Source: Alphaproteobacteria bacterium
GTDB lineage: Bacteria; Pseudomonadota; Alphaproteobacteria; MPNO01; UBA830
DNA length: 64,000 nt
Assembly: GCA_964291215.2 (NCBI GenBank)
Contig: OZ219791.1
Location: 768,001 to 832,000 of the forward strand
Direction of reading: 5' to 3'
Part shown: one piece after another, positions 51,515 through 61,762 of the stretch
Numbering within the stretch: position 1 is the first letter of the stretch
Layout of the letters: each line of letters begins with the position of its first letter
The notes under the pieces: model-generated
Databases searched by the model: none
What the model saw: the letters and a program-made list of their open reading frames with translations, nothing else
What the model was told of the DNA's origin: nothing
Position numbers and translations under genes: made by a program

Positions 51515-52372
51515 ATGGCAAAATTCCGTACTGAGGCCGAGGTCACCCGGTTCGCTCCCAGCCCGACCGGCCATCTCCACATCGGCCACGCCTATTCGGC
51601 GTTGAAGGCCTACCGGGGGCGCGGCCCGGGCGGAAGTTTCCTGCTCCGCATCGAGGACATAGATCCCGGGCGCTGCCGCGACGAGTTCGTGGAAGCGATC
51701 TGCGAGGATCTGCGCTGGCTCGGCCTCGGTTGGGAAGAACCGGTGCGGCGGCAGTCGGAGCACATGGACGATTATCTGCGGGCCGCCGCCGCGCTCAAGC
51801 GCGGCGGCCTCGTCTATCCCTGCTTCTGCACGAGATCGGATATCCGCCTTGAGATCGAGCGGTCCGGCCAGGCGCCGCACGGGCCGGAGGGCCCGGTGTA
51901 TCCGGGCCTCTGCCGCGGGCTCTCGCCGGCGGAACGGACGGCGGCGTTCGCGGACAGCAGGCCTTATGCGCGTCGTCTCGATGTCGTTCGCGCCGCCGCC
52001 ACGGCCGGGCCGCTGGCATGGCGCGATCTTGGAAGGGGCGACATTGCGGCCCGTCCGGAGCACTTCGGCGATATCGTTCTCGCCCGCAAGGATGTTCCCA
52101 CAAGCTACCATCTCTCGGTTGTCGTCGACGACCATCTGCAGGGAGTTACTCTGGTAACCCGCGGAGAAGATCTGGCGCCGCTCACGGACATCCACAGGTT
52201 GTTGCAGGTGCTTCTGGATTACGAGCCGCCGGAATACCTGCACCATCGGCTGATCACAGATCCCGGCGGCCGGCGGCTTGCGAAGCGCGACAGCGCGATG
52301 ACGATCCGCAGCCTGCGCATGAGCGGCCACACGCCGTCCGACGTGATCGCCATGACGGGACTCGAGACCTGA
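51515..52372 (+). CDS. gluQ: Glutamyl-Q tRNA(Asp) synthetase
   Basis: TRFAPSPTGHLHIGH, LRIEDID, YPCFCTR, RLAKR; no anticodon domain. Confidence 0.93.
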   Translation: MAKFRTEAEVTRFAPSPTGHLHIGHAYSALKAYRGRGPGGSFLLRIEDIDPGRCRDEFVEAICEDLRWLGLGWEEPVRRQSEHMDDYLRAAAALKRGGLVYPCFCTRSDIRLEIERSGQAPHGPEGPVYPGLCRGLSPAERTAAFADSRPYARRLDVVRAAATAGPLAWRDLGRGDIAARPEHFGDIVLARKDVPTSYHLSVVVDDHLQGVTLVTRGEDLAPLTDIHRLLQVLLDYEPPEYLHHRLITDPGGRRLAKRDSAMTIRSLRMSGHTPSDVIAMTGLET

Positions 52373-52488
52373 CCGCCGCCCGCAACCGCGGCGTCGCACG
52401 GCGGGGCGGCGCAGGCGCGAGCCCAGACGCTTTCTCGCCTGACCAGAATCATGTTGTCAACGGGCGGTTTTGAAACCATATTTCCCGC

Positions 52489-52686
52489 ATGTTCGCCGTG
52501 CTGCCGATCCTGATCGCGCTTGCCGTGTTCCTCACGCTTGGCGCGCTTGCCTTCGGCGTCTTCACGATGGCGCGGGGCGGGCAGGCCAATGCCCGCAATT
52601 CCAACCGGCTGATGCGCGCCCGGGTGATCCTGCAGTTCATCGCCATCACGTTGATCCTGATAGCGTTCCTCGTCTCGTCCGACTGA
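52489..52686 (+). CDS. Twin-transmembrane HIG1-domain small protein
   Basis: SNRLMRARVILQ motif between two TM helices. Confidence 0.88.
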   Translation: MFAVLPILIALAVFLTLGALAFGVFTMARGGQANARNSNRLMRARVILQFIAITLILIAFLVSSD

Positions 52687-52949
52687 GACCTCGCCCGCCT
52701 GCGGTGTCCGTTTGAAGGCCACGCGTGTTTTCGGCTATATAGCGTCCCGTCCGCGTCCCGTGCCCGGCGGACGCCTGCCGGGATGCACGGCCCCGGTCCG
52801 GGGCTGAGTTTTTCGGTATTGCTGGCTTGGCGGCGGTCGTCCCGGACGCCGGGATGCAGTTTCCGGACGGTGGCGGATCGGTCCCGGCGGGCCGGCACCG
52901 GGCGCCCGGCCCATGGCGGGTCCCGCTTTTAGCTGGAGGACTTCGAGCG

Positions 52950-53699
52950 ATGAAAATTCTGGTCGCCGTCAAACGGGTGATCGACTACAACGTCAAGATC
53001 CGAGTCAAGACGGACGAGACTGGCGTCGAAACCGCCAACGTCAAGATGTCGATGAATCCCTTCGACGAGATTGCCGTCGAAGAGGCCCTGCGCCTGCGCG
53101 AAAAGGGCGCCGCGACCGAGATCGTCGTCGTCTCCATGGGAGTGCAGCAGTGCCAGGAGACGATCCGTACGGCCCTTGCGATGGGCGCCGACCGCGGCAT
53201 TCACGTCAAGACGAACTCCGAACTCCAGCCGCTTGCGGTGGCCAAGCTTCTGGCGCGGATCATCGAGAACGAGACGCCGGACGTTGTCATTCTGGGCAAG
53301 CAGGCGATCGATGACGATGCCGGCCAGACCGGCCAGATGCTGGCCGGCCTCCTGAACCGGCCTCAGGGAACGTTCGCGTCGAAACTCGACCTTGTCGACG
53401 GCAAGGCGGCCGTAACCCGCGAGGTCGATGGCGGCCTCGAGACCGTGCTCCTCGGTCTGCCGGCAATCGTGACGACGGATCTCCGCCTGAACGAGCCGCG
53501 ATACGCTTCGCTGCCAAATATCATGAAAGCCCGGAAGAAGCCGATCGAGGAACTCACCCCGGAGGAGATGGGCGTTGACGTCGCGCCGCGGCTGACGACG
53601 CTGAAGGTGACCGAGCCGCCGCAGCGCCAAGCTGGCGTCAAGGTGGAGACCGTGGCCGAACTCGTGGACAAGCTGAAGACCGAGGCAGGAGTGATCTGA
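52950..53699 (+). CDS. etfB: Electron transfer flavoprotein beta subunit
   Basis: [44 protein letters not shown]. Confidence 0.97.
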   Translation: MKILVAVKRVIDYNVKIRVKTDETGVETANVKMSMNPFDEIAVEEALRLREKGAATEIVVVSMGVQQCQETIRTALAMGADRGIHVKTNSELQPLAVAKLLARIIENETPDVVILGKQAIDDDAGQTGQMLAGLLNRPQGTFASKLDLVDGKAAVTREVDGGLETVLLGLPAIVTTDLRLNEPRYASLPNIMKARKKPIEELTPEEMGVDVAPRLTTLKVTEPPQRQAGVKVETVAELVDKLKTEAGVI

Positions 53700-54649
53700 T
53701 GGCAGTTCTTGTCGTTTCCGACCACGACAATTCGGCGCTGGTGCCGATCACCCTGAACACGGTCACGGCGGCGTCCGGGCTTTCCGATGACATACATATG
53801 CTGGTGGCCGGCAGTGATGCCGGCGCCGCGGCCGAGGCCGCGGCGAGGATCGGCGGCGTGACAAAGGTCATTCATGCCGAACATCCGGCTTACGGCAACC
53901 ATCTGGCCGAAGCCGTCGCTCCGATCGTTGTCGGGCTCGCGCCGGGCTACAGCCATATCTTCTTTCCGTCGAACACGACCGGCAAGAACATCGCCCCGAG
54001 AGTTGCCGCCCAGCTCGATGCGGCGCAGATCTCTGACATCGTCGAAATCGTCTCGGAGGATACGTTCGTGCGCCCGATCTATGCCGGCAACGCGCTCGCC
54101 ACCGTGCGCTCCTCCGATGCGATCAGGGTCATCACCGTGCGCGGCACCGCGTTCGCGGCGGCGGAAGAGGGCGGCGCGGCGGCGATCGAGAAGATCGATG
54201 CCGCGGAAGATCCCGGACTTTCCAGCTTTGTCGGACATGAACTCACGAAGTCGGAACGGCCGGAGCTTACGTCGGCTCGGGTGATCATCTCCGGTGGGCG
54301 TGGCATGCAGTCCGGAGACAATTTCGCGCTGATCGACAAGGTGGCGGATCGCCTCGGTGCCGCCGTGGGCGCCTCGCGTGCCGCGGTCGACGCCGGTTTC
54401 AAGCCCAATGACTACCAGGTCGGGCAGACCGGCAAGGTGGTGGCGCCGGAACTCTATATCGCGGTCGGAATTTCCGGTGCGATCCAGCATCTTGCCGGCA
54501 TGAAGGATTCGAAGGTGATCGTCGCCATCAACAAGGACGAGGAAGCCCCGATCTTTTCCGTTGCCGACTACGGAATCGTCGGTGATCTGTTCAAGTTGCT
54601 TCCCGAATTCGACGCCGAGCTGGAAAAGAACGAGATAGCGCCGCGCTGA
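53699..54649 (+). CDS. etfA: Electron transfer flavoprotein alpha subunit
   Basis: [33 protein letters not shown]. Confidence 0.97.
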   Translation: MAVLVVSDHDNSALVPITLNTVTAASGLSDDIHMLVAGSDAGAAAEAAARIGGVTKVIHAEHPAYGNHLAEAVAPIVVGLAPGYSHIFFPSNTTGKNIAPRVAAQLDAAQISDIVEIVSEDTFVRPIYAGNALATVRSSDAIRVITVRGTAFAAAEEGGAAAIEKIDAAEDPGLSSFVGHELTKSERPELTSARVIISGGRGMQSGDNFALIDKVADRLGAAVGASRAAVDAGFKPNDYQVGQTGKVVAPELYIAVGISGAIQHLAGMKDSKVIVAINKDEEAPIFSVADYGIVGDLFKLLPEFDAELEKNEIAPR

Positions 54650-54752
54650 ACCGGGCGGCTCCGATCCCCGACACAGTGGCGGGCCGGGTCCCGCCGCTCC
54701 GGAGTGCAGCTGGCCGGGCTGCATCTGACGCAAATTCGCAGGAGCAGGATTC

Positions 54753-55667
54753 ATGGCAGAAATACAGGATCCGGGCGTGACCCCGGAAGCGATGAGCGTG
54801 AACGCGGTCGGCGTCATCGGCGCGGGCCAGATGGGTTCCGGCATCGCGCATGTTGCCGCCACGGCGGGGCTCTCGGCCGTCATGATCGATGTCGGGCAGG
54901 AGCAGCTCGATCGGGCGCGCGCCGGCATTGCGAGGAACATGGAACGGCAGGTGCGGCGCGAACGCATGTCAGAGGACGAGATGAACGCCGCGCTCGAACG
55001 CATTTCGGGATCACTGGAATTCGAGGCGCTTGCGGATTGCGATGTCGTGATCGAAGCCGTGACCGAGAACGAGGCCGTCAAGCGCGGGCTCTACGAAAGG
55101 ATCCTCCCGGTCATGAGGGCCGATGCGATCCTCGCCAGCAACACGTCGTCGATCTCGATAACGCGCCTCGCCGCGACAACCGACCGGCCCCACCGGTTCA
55201 TGGGCATGCATTTCATGAATCCGGTTCCGATCATGCAACTGGTCGAACTGATTCCGGGGCTTGCCACCGACGGCCATACCCGCGCGGTCATCGAGGGTCT
55301 TACGTGGCGCCTCGGCAAGACGCCGGTAACCTCGGAGGATTTTCCCGCCTTCATCGTCAACCGGATCCTGCTGCCGATGATCAACGAAGCGGTGTACACG
55401 CTTCACGAAAGCATCGGGTCCGTGCGCGACATAGACGCCGCGATGCGTCTCGGCGCCAATCACCCCATGGGGCCACTCGAGCTTGCCGATTTCATCGGCC
55501 TCGACACCTGCCTCGCCGTCATGCAGGTCCTCCATGACGGGTTGGCTGACACCAAGTACCGTCCGTGTCCCCTCCTGGTGAAGTATGTCGAGGCGGGTTG
55601 GCTGGGGCGCAAGTCGGGCAAGGGGTTCTACGATTATTCCGGCGACACACCCGAACCCACGCGCTGA
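54753..55667 (+). CDS. hbd: 3-hydroxybutyryl-CoA dehydrogenase
   Basis: GAGQMGSG, SNTSS, GMHFMNP, HPMGP, GRKSGKGFY. Confidence 0.93.
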   Translation: MAEIQDPGVTPEAMSVNAVGVIGAGQMGSGIAHVAATAGLSAVMIDVGQEQLDRARAGIARNMERQVRRERMSEDEMNAALERISGSLEFEALADCDVVIEAVTENEAVKRGLYERILPVMRADAILASNTSSISITRLAATTDRPHRFMGMHFMNPVPIMQLVELIPGLATDGHTRAVIEGLTWRLGKTPVTSEDFPAFIVNRILLPMINEAVYTLHESIGSVRDIDAAMRLGANHPMGPLELADFIGLDTCLAVMQVLHDGLADTKYRPCPLLVKYVEAGWLGRKSGKGFYDYSGDTPEPTR

Positions 55668-55674
55668 CACGGCC

Positions 55675-56565
55675 GTGCCGGAGACGCCCGGGACCGTACC
55701 TCACTTCGAAGGCGTGTCGGCGATCGCCGGCCGGTATGACGGTTTCATTCTCGACGTGTGGGGCGTCCTGCATGACGGCGTGACGCTGTACCCCGGTGCC
55801 GTGGGCGCGCTCGACCGGCTCGCCGATGCGGGCAAGCGGTTCGTCATGCTGACCAATGCGCCGCGACGCAGCGCGGCGGTGGTCGAGGCCATGATCGCGA
55901 TGGGAATGCCCGAGCGCCATTGCCGGAACATTCTCTCCTCGGGCGAGGCGACGTTCTCGGATCTCGTCGAGGGGAGCGCACCCTTCTATGCCGACGCCGG
56001 CAATTGTTTCATTCATATCGGGCCCGATCGCGACCGCGGGCTGTTTGAGGGCGTCGGCTGGGCTGAAACGGCGGTGATCGAAGAGGCGGGGTTGATCGTC
56101 AATACCGGCCCATGGGAGGACGACGAGACGGTCTCCGACTATGAACGGTTGCTTGCGGACGCAGCTGCGCGGCGACTTCCGATGGTCTGCGCCAATCCGG
56201 ATATGATGGTGGTCCGTGGCGGTCGGCGCATCATCTGTGCAGGGGCTCTGGCCGAAAGATACGAGGAGCTTGGTGGCGCCGTGCGTTATCTCGGCAAGCC
56301 GAAAGCGGAGATCTACGACTACTGCTTCCGGGCCTTGCCCGGCATCGAGCGGTCATGTATTGCCGCCATTGGCGATTCGTTTCGCACCGATCTCGTCGGC
56401 GCCCGTAACGTCGGCGTTGACCCCGTCCTGGTCGTCGGCGGGATGCATGCGCCCGAGCTGCTGGCAGGCGATCCAGGAGATGCGCCTGATACGCAGGTAA
56501 TGATGCGGTTGTGCGAACGATGGAACGTGCAGCCAGCAGCGTCGCTTGCGTCTTTCAGCTGGTAA
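55675..56565 (+). CDS. HAD-IIA family hydrolase
   Basis: ILDVWGVLHDG, LTNAPR, CANPD, GKP, IGDSFRTD. Confidence 0.9.
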   Translation: MPETPGTVPHFEGVSAIAGRYDGFILDVWGVLHDGVTLYPGAVGALDRLADAGKRFVMLTNAPRRSAAVVEAMIAMGMPERHCRNILSSGEATFSDLVEGSAPFYADAGNCFIHIGPDRDRGLFEGVGWAETAVIEEAGLIVNTGPWEDDETVSDYERLLADAAARRLPMVCANPDMMVVRGGRRIICAGALAERYEELGGAVRYLGKPKAEIYDYCFRALPGIERSCIAAIGDSFRTDLVGARNVGVDPVLVVGGMHAPELLAGDPGDAPDTQVMMRLCERWNVQPAASLASFSW

Positions 56566-56619
56566 CCTTTCAGCCCCACACCGTTAACTCTTGGTTCATG
56601 AGGTCGTGCATAGTGGCCC

Positions 56620-58060
56620 ATGAGAATTGGCTTTCGACATCGTAACTGCTCACCGCTGCTGGTCATGGATTGCCGTTCCTGACGGCGTTCGGGGTCAAGC
56701 ATCTTTTCTCGTCCCCTTCCCTCGCTGATTGCCGGAAACCGGAGGTGCGGGTTCCGATGGGCAAGAACCGTTCCGGTCTTCGGCCGGTCTTGCTTTCCGG
56801 CCGGTGTCGCCGGGTCTGCAATGCGGTACCGAGCCCGCGGTGCGGGTTCCATCGTGCCGGCTGAGGAATCCGGCGGTGCAGCTTCAGATATCCTGACCTC
56901 TGGAGAATTGGCAGGCAAGGCCCTCCGGCGGCCGTTCAGGCGGGCTTCGGAGGCAGTTCGTAGATCATGCGGAGCTCGGTTCCGAGAACGCAGGTGCCGG
57001 TTTCATTGAGTTCCTTCAGCAGTCCTGCGATGGCGGCGTTGCAGGCGGATCCGGGGATGCGCACCCGGAGGATCCCCGGTTCAGGTTCGGGGAGGATGTC
57101 GGCGTCGGCCTGCAGGAGGGTGCGGAGGGGTTTTCGCGGGCGCGGTTTCCTGCCCTGCTCCTTCGCCACGGCCGCCATCGTCCGGGTTTCGGCGCGGTAG
57201 GCGATCATGCGCAGGATGTCGAGCCGGTGCTTCTCCCGGAACGGAAGAGCATCGAGGGCCGGATCGGCGGCGAGTTCCCGGATGCGAACGCCGTCAGGAA
57301 AGGCGGCCAATGATCAGCAGGGGCGAGCAGTTACTCGACATCTGTCCACGACGACGGTTGATTGGCTGAAGGTGGCGTCGGTTGCCGAGAGCAGCACGCC
57401 CTGGCGCAGGGATTGTGCGAGCGCGAGGACTGGCGCAACGCGAAGGGCGAGCTGTGCCTTGCCGCGTGCGGCACTACCTGGTCTTGTCTCGGAGCTCGGC
57501 ATCGTCCTTCCTGCACCAGGGCCTCATGGCCTCGACACCCTTGAGCGGAACTGTCCCGACAAGGCACTCGCATGTTCTCCGGAGGAGCTTGGAGAGGTCA
57601 CCGTGGAGCCGGTCGGCGACGGCGAGGACAAGCGCCTGGCGATGATGGCGACCTGGCATCCCGAGGGCGAGGCGCCCGGATGAGCTACCGGATCACCTCG
57701 TCGCGCTACGGCCGCCTCGGCGGCCTGGTGTTCCGTGCGGCCAGTTGGCATCAGAAGGCGCGCGACGACTTCCGGTCCCGGGGAGCGCGTGACGTCCACC
57801 TCGCCAAGGTCGTCAACAACGCTCGCTTGCTGATACTTCCATCGCTCACCGTCCCGAACCTCCGCTCCCACATCCTCTCGCTTGTCCGCAAGCGGCTGCC
57901 CGGGGACTGAACCGAGCGCTACGGCACCACGCCCGTGCCCTGCGAGACCCTGGTCGAGGTCCCGTGCCACGGCGGCGTCTGCCGGATCCGCGTCGGAATA
58001 ACCAGCGGCCGCTACGACCGACATGACAGAAGTCGAAGAAGGACATCTGGCCCGCTCCGC
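56620..58060 (+). pseudogene. DUF4338 (DruA-like) mobile-element-associated gene, interrupted and frameshifted; 3' end approximate
   Basis: MRIGFRH|LSTTTVDW rejoins across a 693-bp insert; LCEREDWRNAKG, GGLVFRAASWHQKARD, VVNNARLLILP..PNLRSHILS, ERYG..PV..ETLV. Confidence 0.8.
56642..57334. mobile_element. Non-autonomous IS66-ended element (693 bp) carrying the C-terminus of an unrelated transposase
   Basis: TIRs GTAACTGCTC(A/G)CC; perfect 8-bp TSD TCGACATC; internal minus-strand fragment RMIAYRAET..LNET..GTELRMIYEL. Confidence 0.85.
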
Positions 58061-58094
58061 AAGGACTGGAAGCTGACCCTCGATCGCTGAACCC

Positions 58095-58302
58095 TGCAAC
58101 TGGCACAGGATGGCGTTCAGCTCCTCCTCCGCAGCGCCGGGACAAAACCGCAACCAATGCGGAAAACACGGCATGGCACCAGTGCCCCTCACCGCGCATC
58201 CCGCCCAGCCGTCCACGAAACCGCTCCGGGTGACGCTGGAACTCCCTGACAAGAGCCCGTCAAACGGACAAAAACAACAACACCTCACCGCACGAACGCT
58301 TA
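58095..58302. repeat. ~200-bp IS66 subterminal segment, inverted copy of ~18132-18340
   Basis: Shared GCAGCGCCGGGACAAAACCGCAACCAATGCGGAAAACAC..CACCGCACGAACGCT; its TIR is completed at 59443-59446 after ISAzo13. Confidence 0.85.
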
Positions 58303-59442
58303 GGTCCCGCGCCAAAATAGATTGTTTTTTGGTGTGGATCTGCCATCGATGATGTCATGGAAGCGATGGTCGATACGCTGCGATCCAAATTTGTGGTGTT
58401 GCGTCCGGTTCTGGACGAACGTGCGCGGCGCCTGTGGGCGGCGGCCCGTGCCATCGGGCGAGTGGTCGAGGCGACGGGGATGGGCACCGTTCGCGCCGGA
58501 GGAGCTTGATTCGGAGTCTTTGAGTGAGATTCCTTCAGGACGTTTGCGTCGCCCCGGCGGCGGGCGCAACGGATCCGGGGTTGGTGGTGGCGCGCGAGCT
58601 TGAACCGATGACGCGCGGCGATCCGGAGAGCTCGTTGCGGTGTCACAGTGCCGCACGGCTGGCGGACCGTCTTGCGGGGCCACCGCGTCAGCGAGCGCAC
58701 GATGAACCGGCTGCTCCACGATCCGGGGTACAGCCTCCAGGCCAACCGCAAGACGCTGGAAGGTCGCCAGCCCGGGATGCGCAGTTCCGACGCGCCGGGT
58801 GCGCGCGTTCCGGAGTCTGGGCCAGCCTGTGGTGACACGAAGAAGAAGGAAATCCAGTACCGCAATGGCGGCCGGGCCCCAAGGGCGACCCTGAGGCCGT
58901 CAACGTGCATGACTTCCCCGATCCGGAGCTCGGATCCCCTGCGGGGTCTACGATCTCACCGCCAATGCCGGCCGGGTCAGCGTCGGGCACGACACGGCGG
59001 TGTTCGCGGTCGAGACCCTGCTGGTGGCGGCAGATGGGCCGGCTGCTCTGTCCCGATGCCTGCTGATCACCGCCGACGGCAGCAGCCGCAACCGGCTGTG
59101 GAAGCTGCAGCACCTCGCCGACGAACTCGGGTTGAAGGTGTCGGTGGCCCACTTCCCGCCCGGAAAGTGGAACAAGATCGAGCACCGGATGTTCTGCCAC
59201 ATCACCCGGAACTGGCGCGGCCGGCCCCTCGTCAGCTACCAGGTGATCGTCAAGCTGATCGCCGCGACCACCACCGGTCTCACCATACGCTCGCACCTCG
59301 ACGAGAACAGCTATCCGCTCGGGGTCAAGGTCAGCGACGATCAGATGGGCGGCCTCGCCATCCGCAGAGACCCGTTCCACGGCGAGTGGAACTACACCCT
59401 CACGCCACGGACATAACAATCAATTTATTTTGGCGAGATACC
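58303..59442 (+). mobile_element. ISAzo13-family element, degraded transposase
   Basis: TIRs GGTCCCGCGCCAAAATAGATTG / GGTATCTCGCCAAAATAAATTG; TTA duplication; GYSLQANRKTLEG, DTKKKE, KWNKIEHRMF, NWRGRPL, FHGEWNY. Confidence 0.92.
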
Positions 59443-59530
59443 TTACCAAGTGCGATGATGAACTCAAGTCCGTCATCCTTCTGATCTCGTAGCAGCTTCA
59501 TCGCTGCACGTCCATTCCGCTACTGTCCAG

Positions 59531-59959
59531 CTACTGACCCGATTTCCGGAGGGCGTCGGCGACCTCCGGCGGCATGTAGTTTTCGTCGTGCTTCGCGAGC
59601 ACTTGGTCGGCAAGGAAGCTGCCGTTCGTGGCGAGGCGTCCTTCCGCGACGATTCCCTGCCCCTCGCGGAAGAGGTCCGGAAGTATGCCCCGATACTGCA
59701 CGCGCACCTCGTTTTCGAGATCCGTGATCACGAAAGAGACCCGGACGCCGCCGTCTTCACGGCGCAGGCTCTCCTCCTTGACGAGTCCGCCGATCCGCAT
59801 CCGCCTGTCCTTTTGAAGGTCGTCGCGTGTGGCGATGTCGGTTGGACTGTGAAAGAAGACCACGCTTTCCTCAAGCGCCGTCAGTGTCAGCGCCATGGCG
59901 GTGCTGAGAATCAGGAGCATGAGCATGATGCCCGCCAGCCGGCGGTGTTTTGGCATCAT
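59531..59959 (-). CDS. ccmE: Cytochrome c maturation heme chaperone
   Basis: RIGGLV, LPDLFREGQG, LAKHDENYMP. Confidence 0.95.
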   Translation of the reverse strand: MMPKHRRLAGIMLMLLILSTAMALTLTALEESVVFFHSPTDIATRDDLQKDRRMRIGGLVKEESLRREDGGVRVSFVITDLENEVRVQYRGILPDLFREGQGIVAEGRLATNGSFLADQVLAKHDENYMPPEVADALRKSGQ

Positions 59960-59972
59960 CGGCCGCCGGGTC

Positions 59973-60143
59973 TCAGCGTTTGTGGCGCCGCGGCGTCTTA
60001 GCCTCAAGCGCGGCAAGTTCGCGTTCGCGCGCGCGCATCGCGCGGAGGCTCGACGCCGTAAGCGCGACGAGGACGGCCGCGGCGATTCCCCACGCCGCCC
60101 AGACATAGACTCCGTACCCGTCCAGATGCAGAAGCGTGGTCAT
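59973..60143 (-). CDS. ccmD: Heme exporter protein D
   Basis: Not in ORF track; manual translation MTTLLHLDGYGVYVWAAWGIAAAVLVALTASSLRAMRARERELAALE; GGGAGG RBS. Confidence 0.88.
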   Translation of the reverse strand: MTTLLHLDGYGVYVWAAWGIAAAVLVALTASSLRAMRARERELAALEAKTPRRHKR

Positions 60144-60156
60144 CGGGCCTCCCCGT

Positions 60157-60999
60157 TCAAGCCGCCGGCGTGTTCATGGCTCGGTGCGCCGGATCCGTTC
60201 CCTCTGCCGGGCCGTCGGGAACGGTGGCGCGAAGGGCGCGTATGCGCTTCGCCGCGAGCTCGCTTCTCATGCGTATCAGGACCAGCGAGATGAAGAGCGC
60301 CGTGACGCCCGCGGCCATCAGCAGCAGCGGCACCAGCATGGATGCGTGAATTGACGGCGCGCCGATCCTGCTCACGCTTGCGGGCTGGTGCAGAGTGTTC
60401 CACCAGTCGACCGAGAACTTGATCACCGGGAGGTTGACCGCGCCAGCAAGGGCCAGGATCGCCGCTGCCTTTTCACCGCGCGTCTCGTTCTCGAAGGCAT
60501 TAGTCAGCGCGATGAAGCCGAGATAGAGAAACAGCAGGATGAGGACAGAGGTCAGCCGCGCGTCCCATACCCACCATGCCCCCCACATCGGCTTGCCCCA
60601 CAGAGACCCGGTGGCAAGACAGACCAGGGTGAAGCACGCGCCGACCGGCGCGATGGCGCGGGCGCCGACATGGGCGACCGGATGTCTCCAGATCAGTCCC
60701 GTGGCCGCGGCCAGCGCGAGACACGCGTAGGCCGCCATCGCGACCCAGGCGGCGGGCACATGCACATACATAATTCGCACCGACTCGCCCTGCTGGTAGT
60801 CCGGGGGCGACGCGCCGAAGGCGAAGAAGATACCCGCGCCCAGGAGAAGAACGGCAAGCACGGACGATATCGGCAGGACGGCCCGGGCGAGGCGAAGAAA
60901 GCGCACGGGGTTGGCCAGCCGGTGCAGGGCCGCGGCGCTTGTCGGGATCGAACCGCGGGATGCGGTGGCGCGAGGTGGGGGTTTGTCTTGCCGCGTCAT
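60157..60999 (-). CDS. ccmC: Heme exporter protein C
   Basis: MYVHVP, WGKPMWGAWWVWDARLT, WWNTLHQ. Confidence 0.96.
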   Translation of the reverse strand: MTRQDKPPPRATASRGSIPTSAAALHRLANPVRFLRLARAVLPISSVLAVLLLGAGIFFAFGASPPDYQQGESVRIMYVHVPAAWVAMAAYACLALAAATGLIWRHPVAHVGARAIAPVGACFTLVCLATGSLWGKPMWGAWWVWDARLTSVLILLFLYLGFIALTNAFENETRGEKAAAILALAGAVNLPVIKFSVDWWNTLHQPASVSRIGAPSIHASMLVPLLLMAAGVTALFISLVLIRMRSELAAKRIRALRATVPDGPAEGTDPAHRAMNTPAA

Positions 61000-61096
61000 G
61001 ATGCCTCAAATCTAGCGCCACCGGCGGCGCTGTTGAAGGTCCGGTGCCGTCGTTCGTGGCGGCCTGCGGAACTTGAGTATCGGCCAAGCATCGACA

Positions 61097-61762
61097 CTAC
61101 TCCGCCGCTGCCCGCAGTGCTGCTGCTGCCGCCCACGGACAGAGGCCGAGGCTGCCGAGCAGCAGCGCTCCGAGGAGCATGAGGTGCGGCCCCGAGGCGT
61201 ATCCGCCGATGGCCGCGTCGACCGCCGCCGTTCCGAAGATCAGCACCGGCACCAGGAGCGGCAGGAGCAGGAGCGAGAGAAGGACGCCGCTTCGCCGGGC
61301 GCCGAGGACGAGCGCTGCTCCGAGAGCGCCGACGAGGCTGATCGTCGCGGTTCCGAGGGTCATGGCTGCAACCAGGATGCCGTAGCCCTCCGCGTCAAGG
61401 CGAAGCATGACCGCGATCACCGGTACCGCCACCAGCACGGGCACGCCGGTCGTCAGCCAGTGGGCGGAGATCTTGGCCAGCACCGACAGCCACAGCGGAT
61501 GCGGCGCGGTTATCAGAAGGTCGAGCGTTCCGTCCTCAAAATCCGCGAGAAACAGCCTGTCGAGGGACAGCATCGCCGCCAGCAGGGCCGTCACCCACAG
61601 CACCCCCGGGGCCATGCGGGACAGGAGCGCCGGCTCGGGCCCGACGCTGAGCGGAAACAGCGCGGCTGCAATCACGAAGAAACCGACAAGCATGAGCGTA
61701 TCGGCCGGCCGGCGGAGCGCGATGCGCACGTCGCGCCGGACTATGGCGGCGAGGCCCTTCAC
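61097..61762 (-). CDS. ccmB: Heme exporter protein B
   Basis: FPLSVGP, DFEDGTLD, LLLPLLVPVLIFG. Confidence 0.95.
   Translation of the reverse strand: MKGLAAIVRRDVRIALRRPADTLMLVGFFVIAAALFPLSVGPEPALLSRMAPGVLWVTALLAAMLSLDRLFLADFEDGTLDLLITAPHPLWLSVLAKISAHWLTTGVPVLVAVPVIAVMLRLDAEGYGILVAAMTLGTATISLVGALGAALVLGARRSGVLLSLLLLPLLVPVLIFGTAAVDAAIGGYASGPHLMLLGALLLGSLGLCPWAAAAALRAAAE

Noticed and set aside
52687-52949. Riboswitch or lost gene ahead of etfB, where a cobalamin adenosyltransferase gene often lies
   Set aside because: Only GC-rich hairpins; no recognisable RNA motif or coding remnant.
56620-58060. Druantia anti-phage system
   Set aside because: Only a broken DUF4338 gene in IS context; no DruE helicase or other dru genes.
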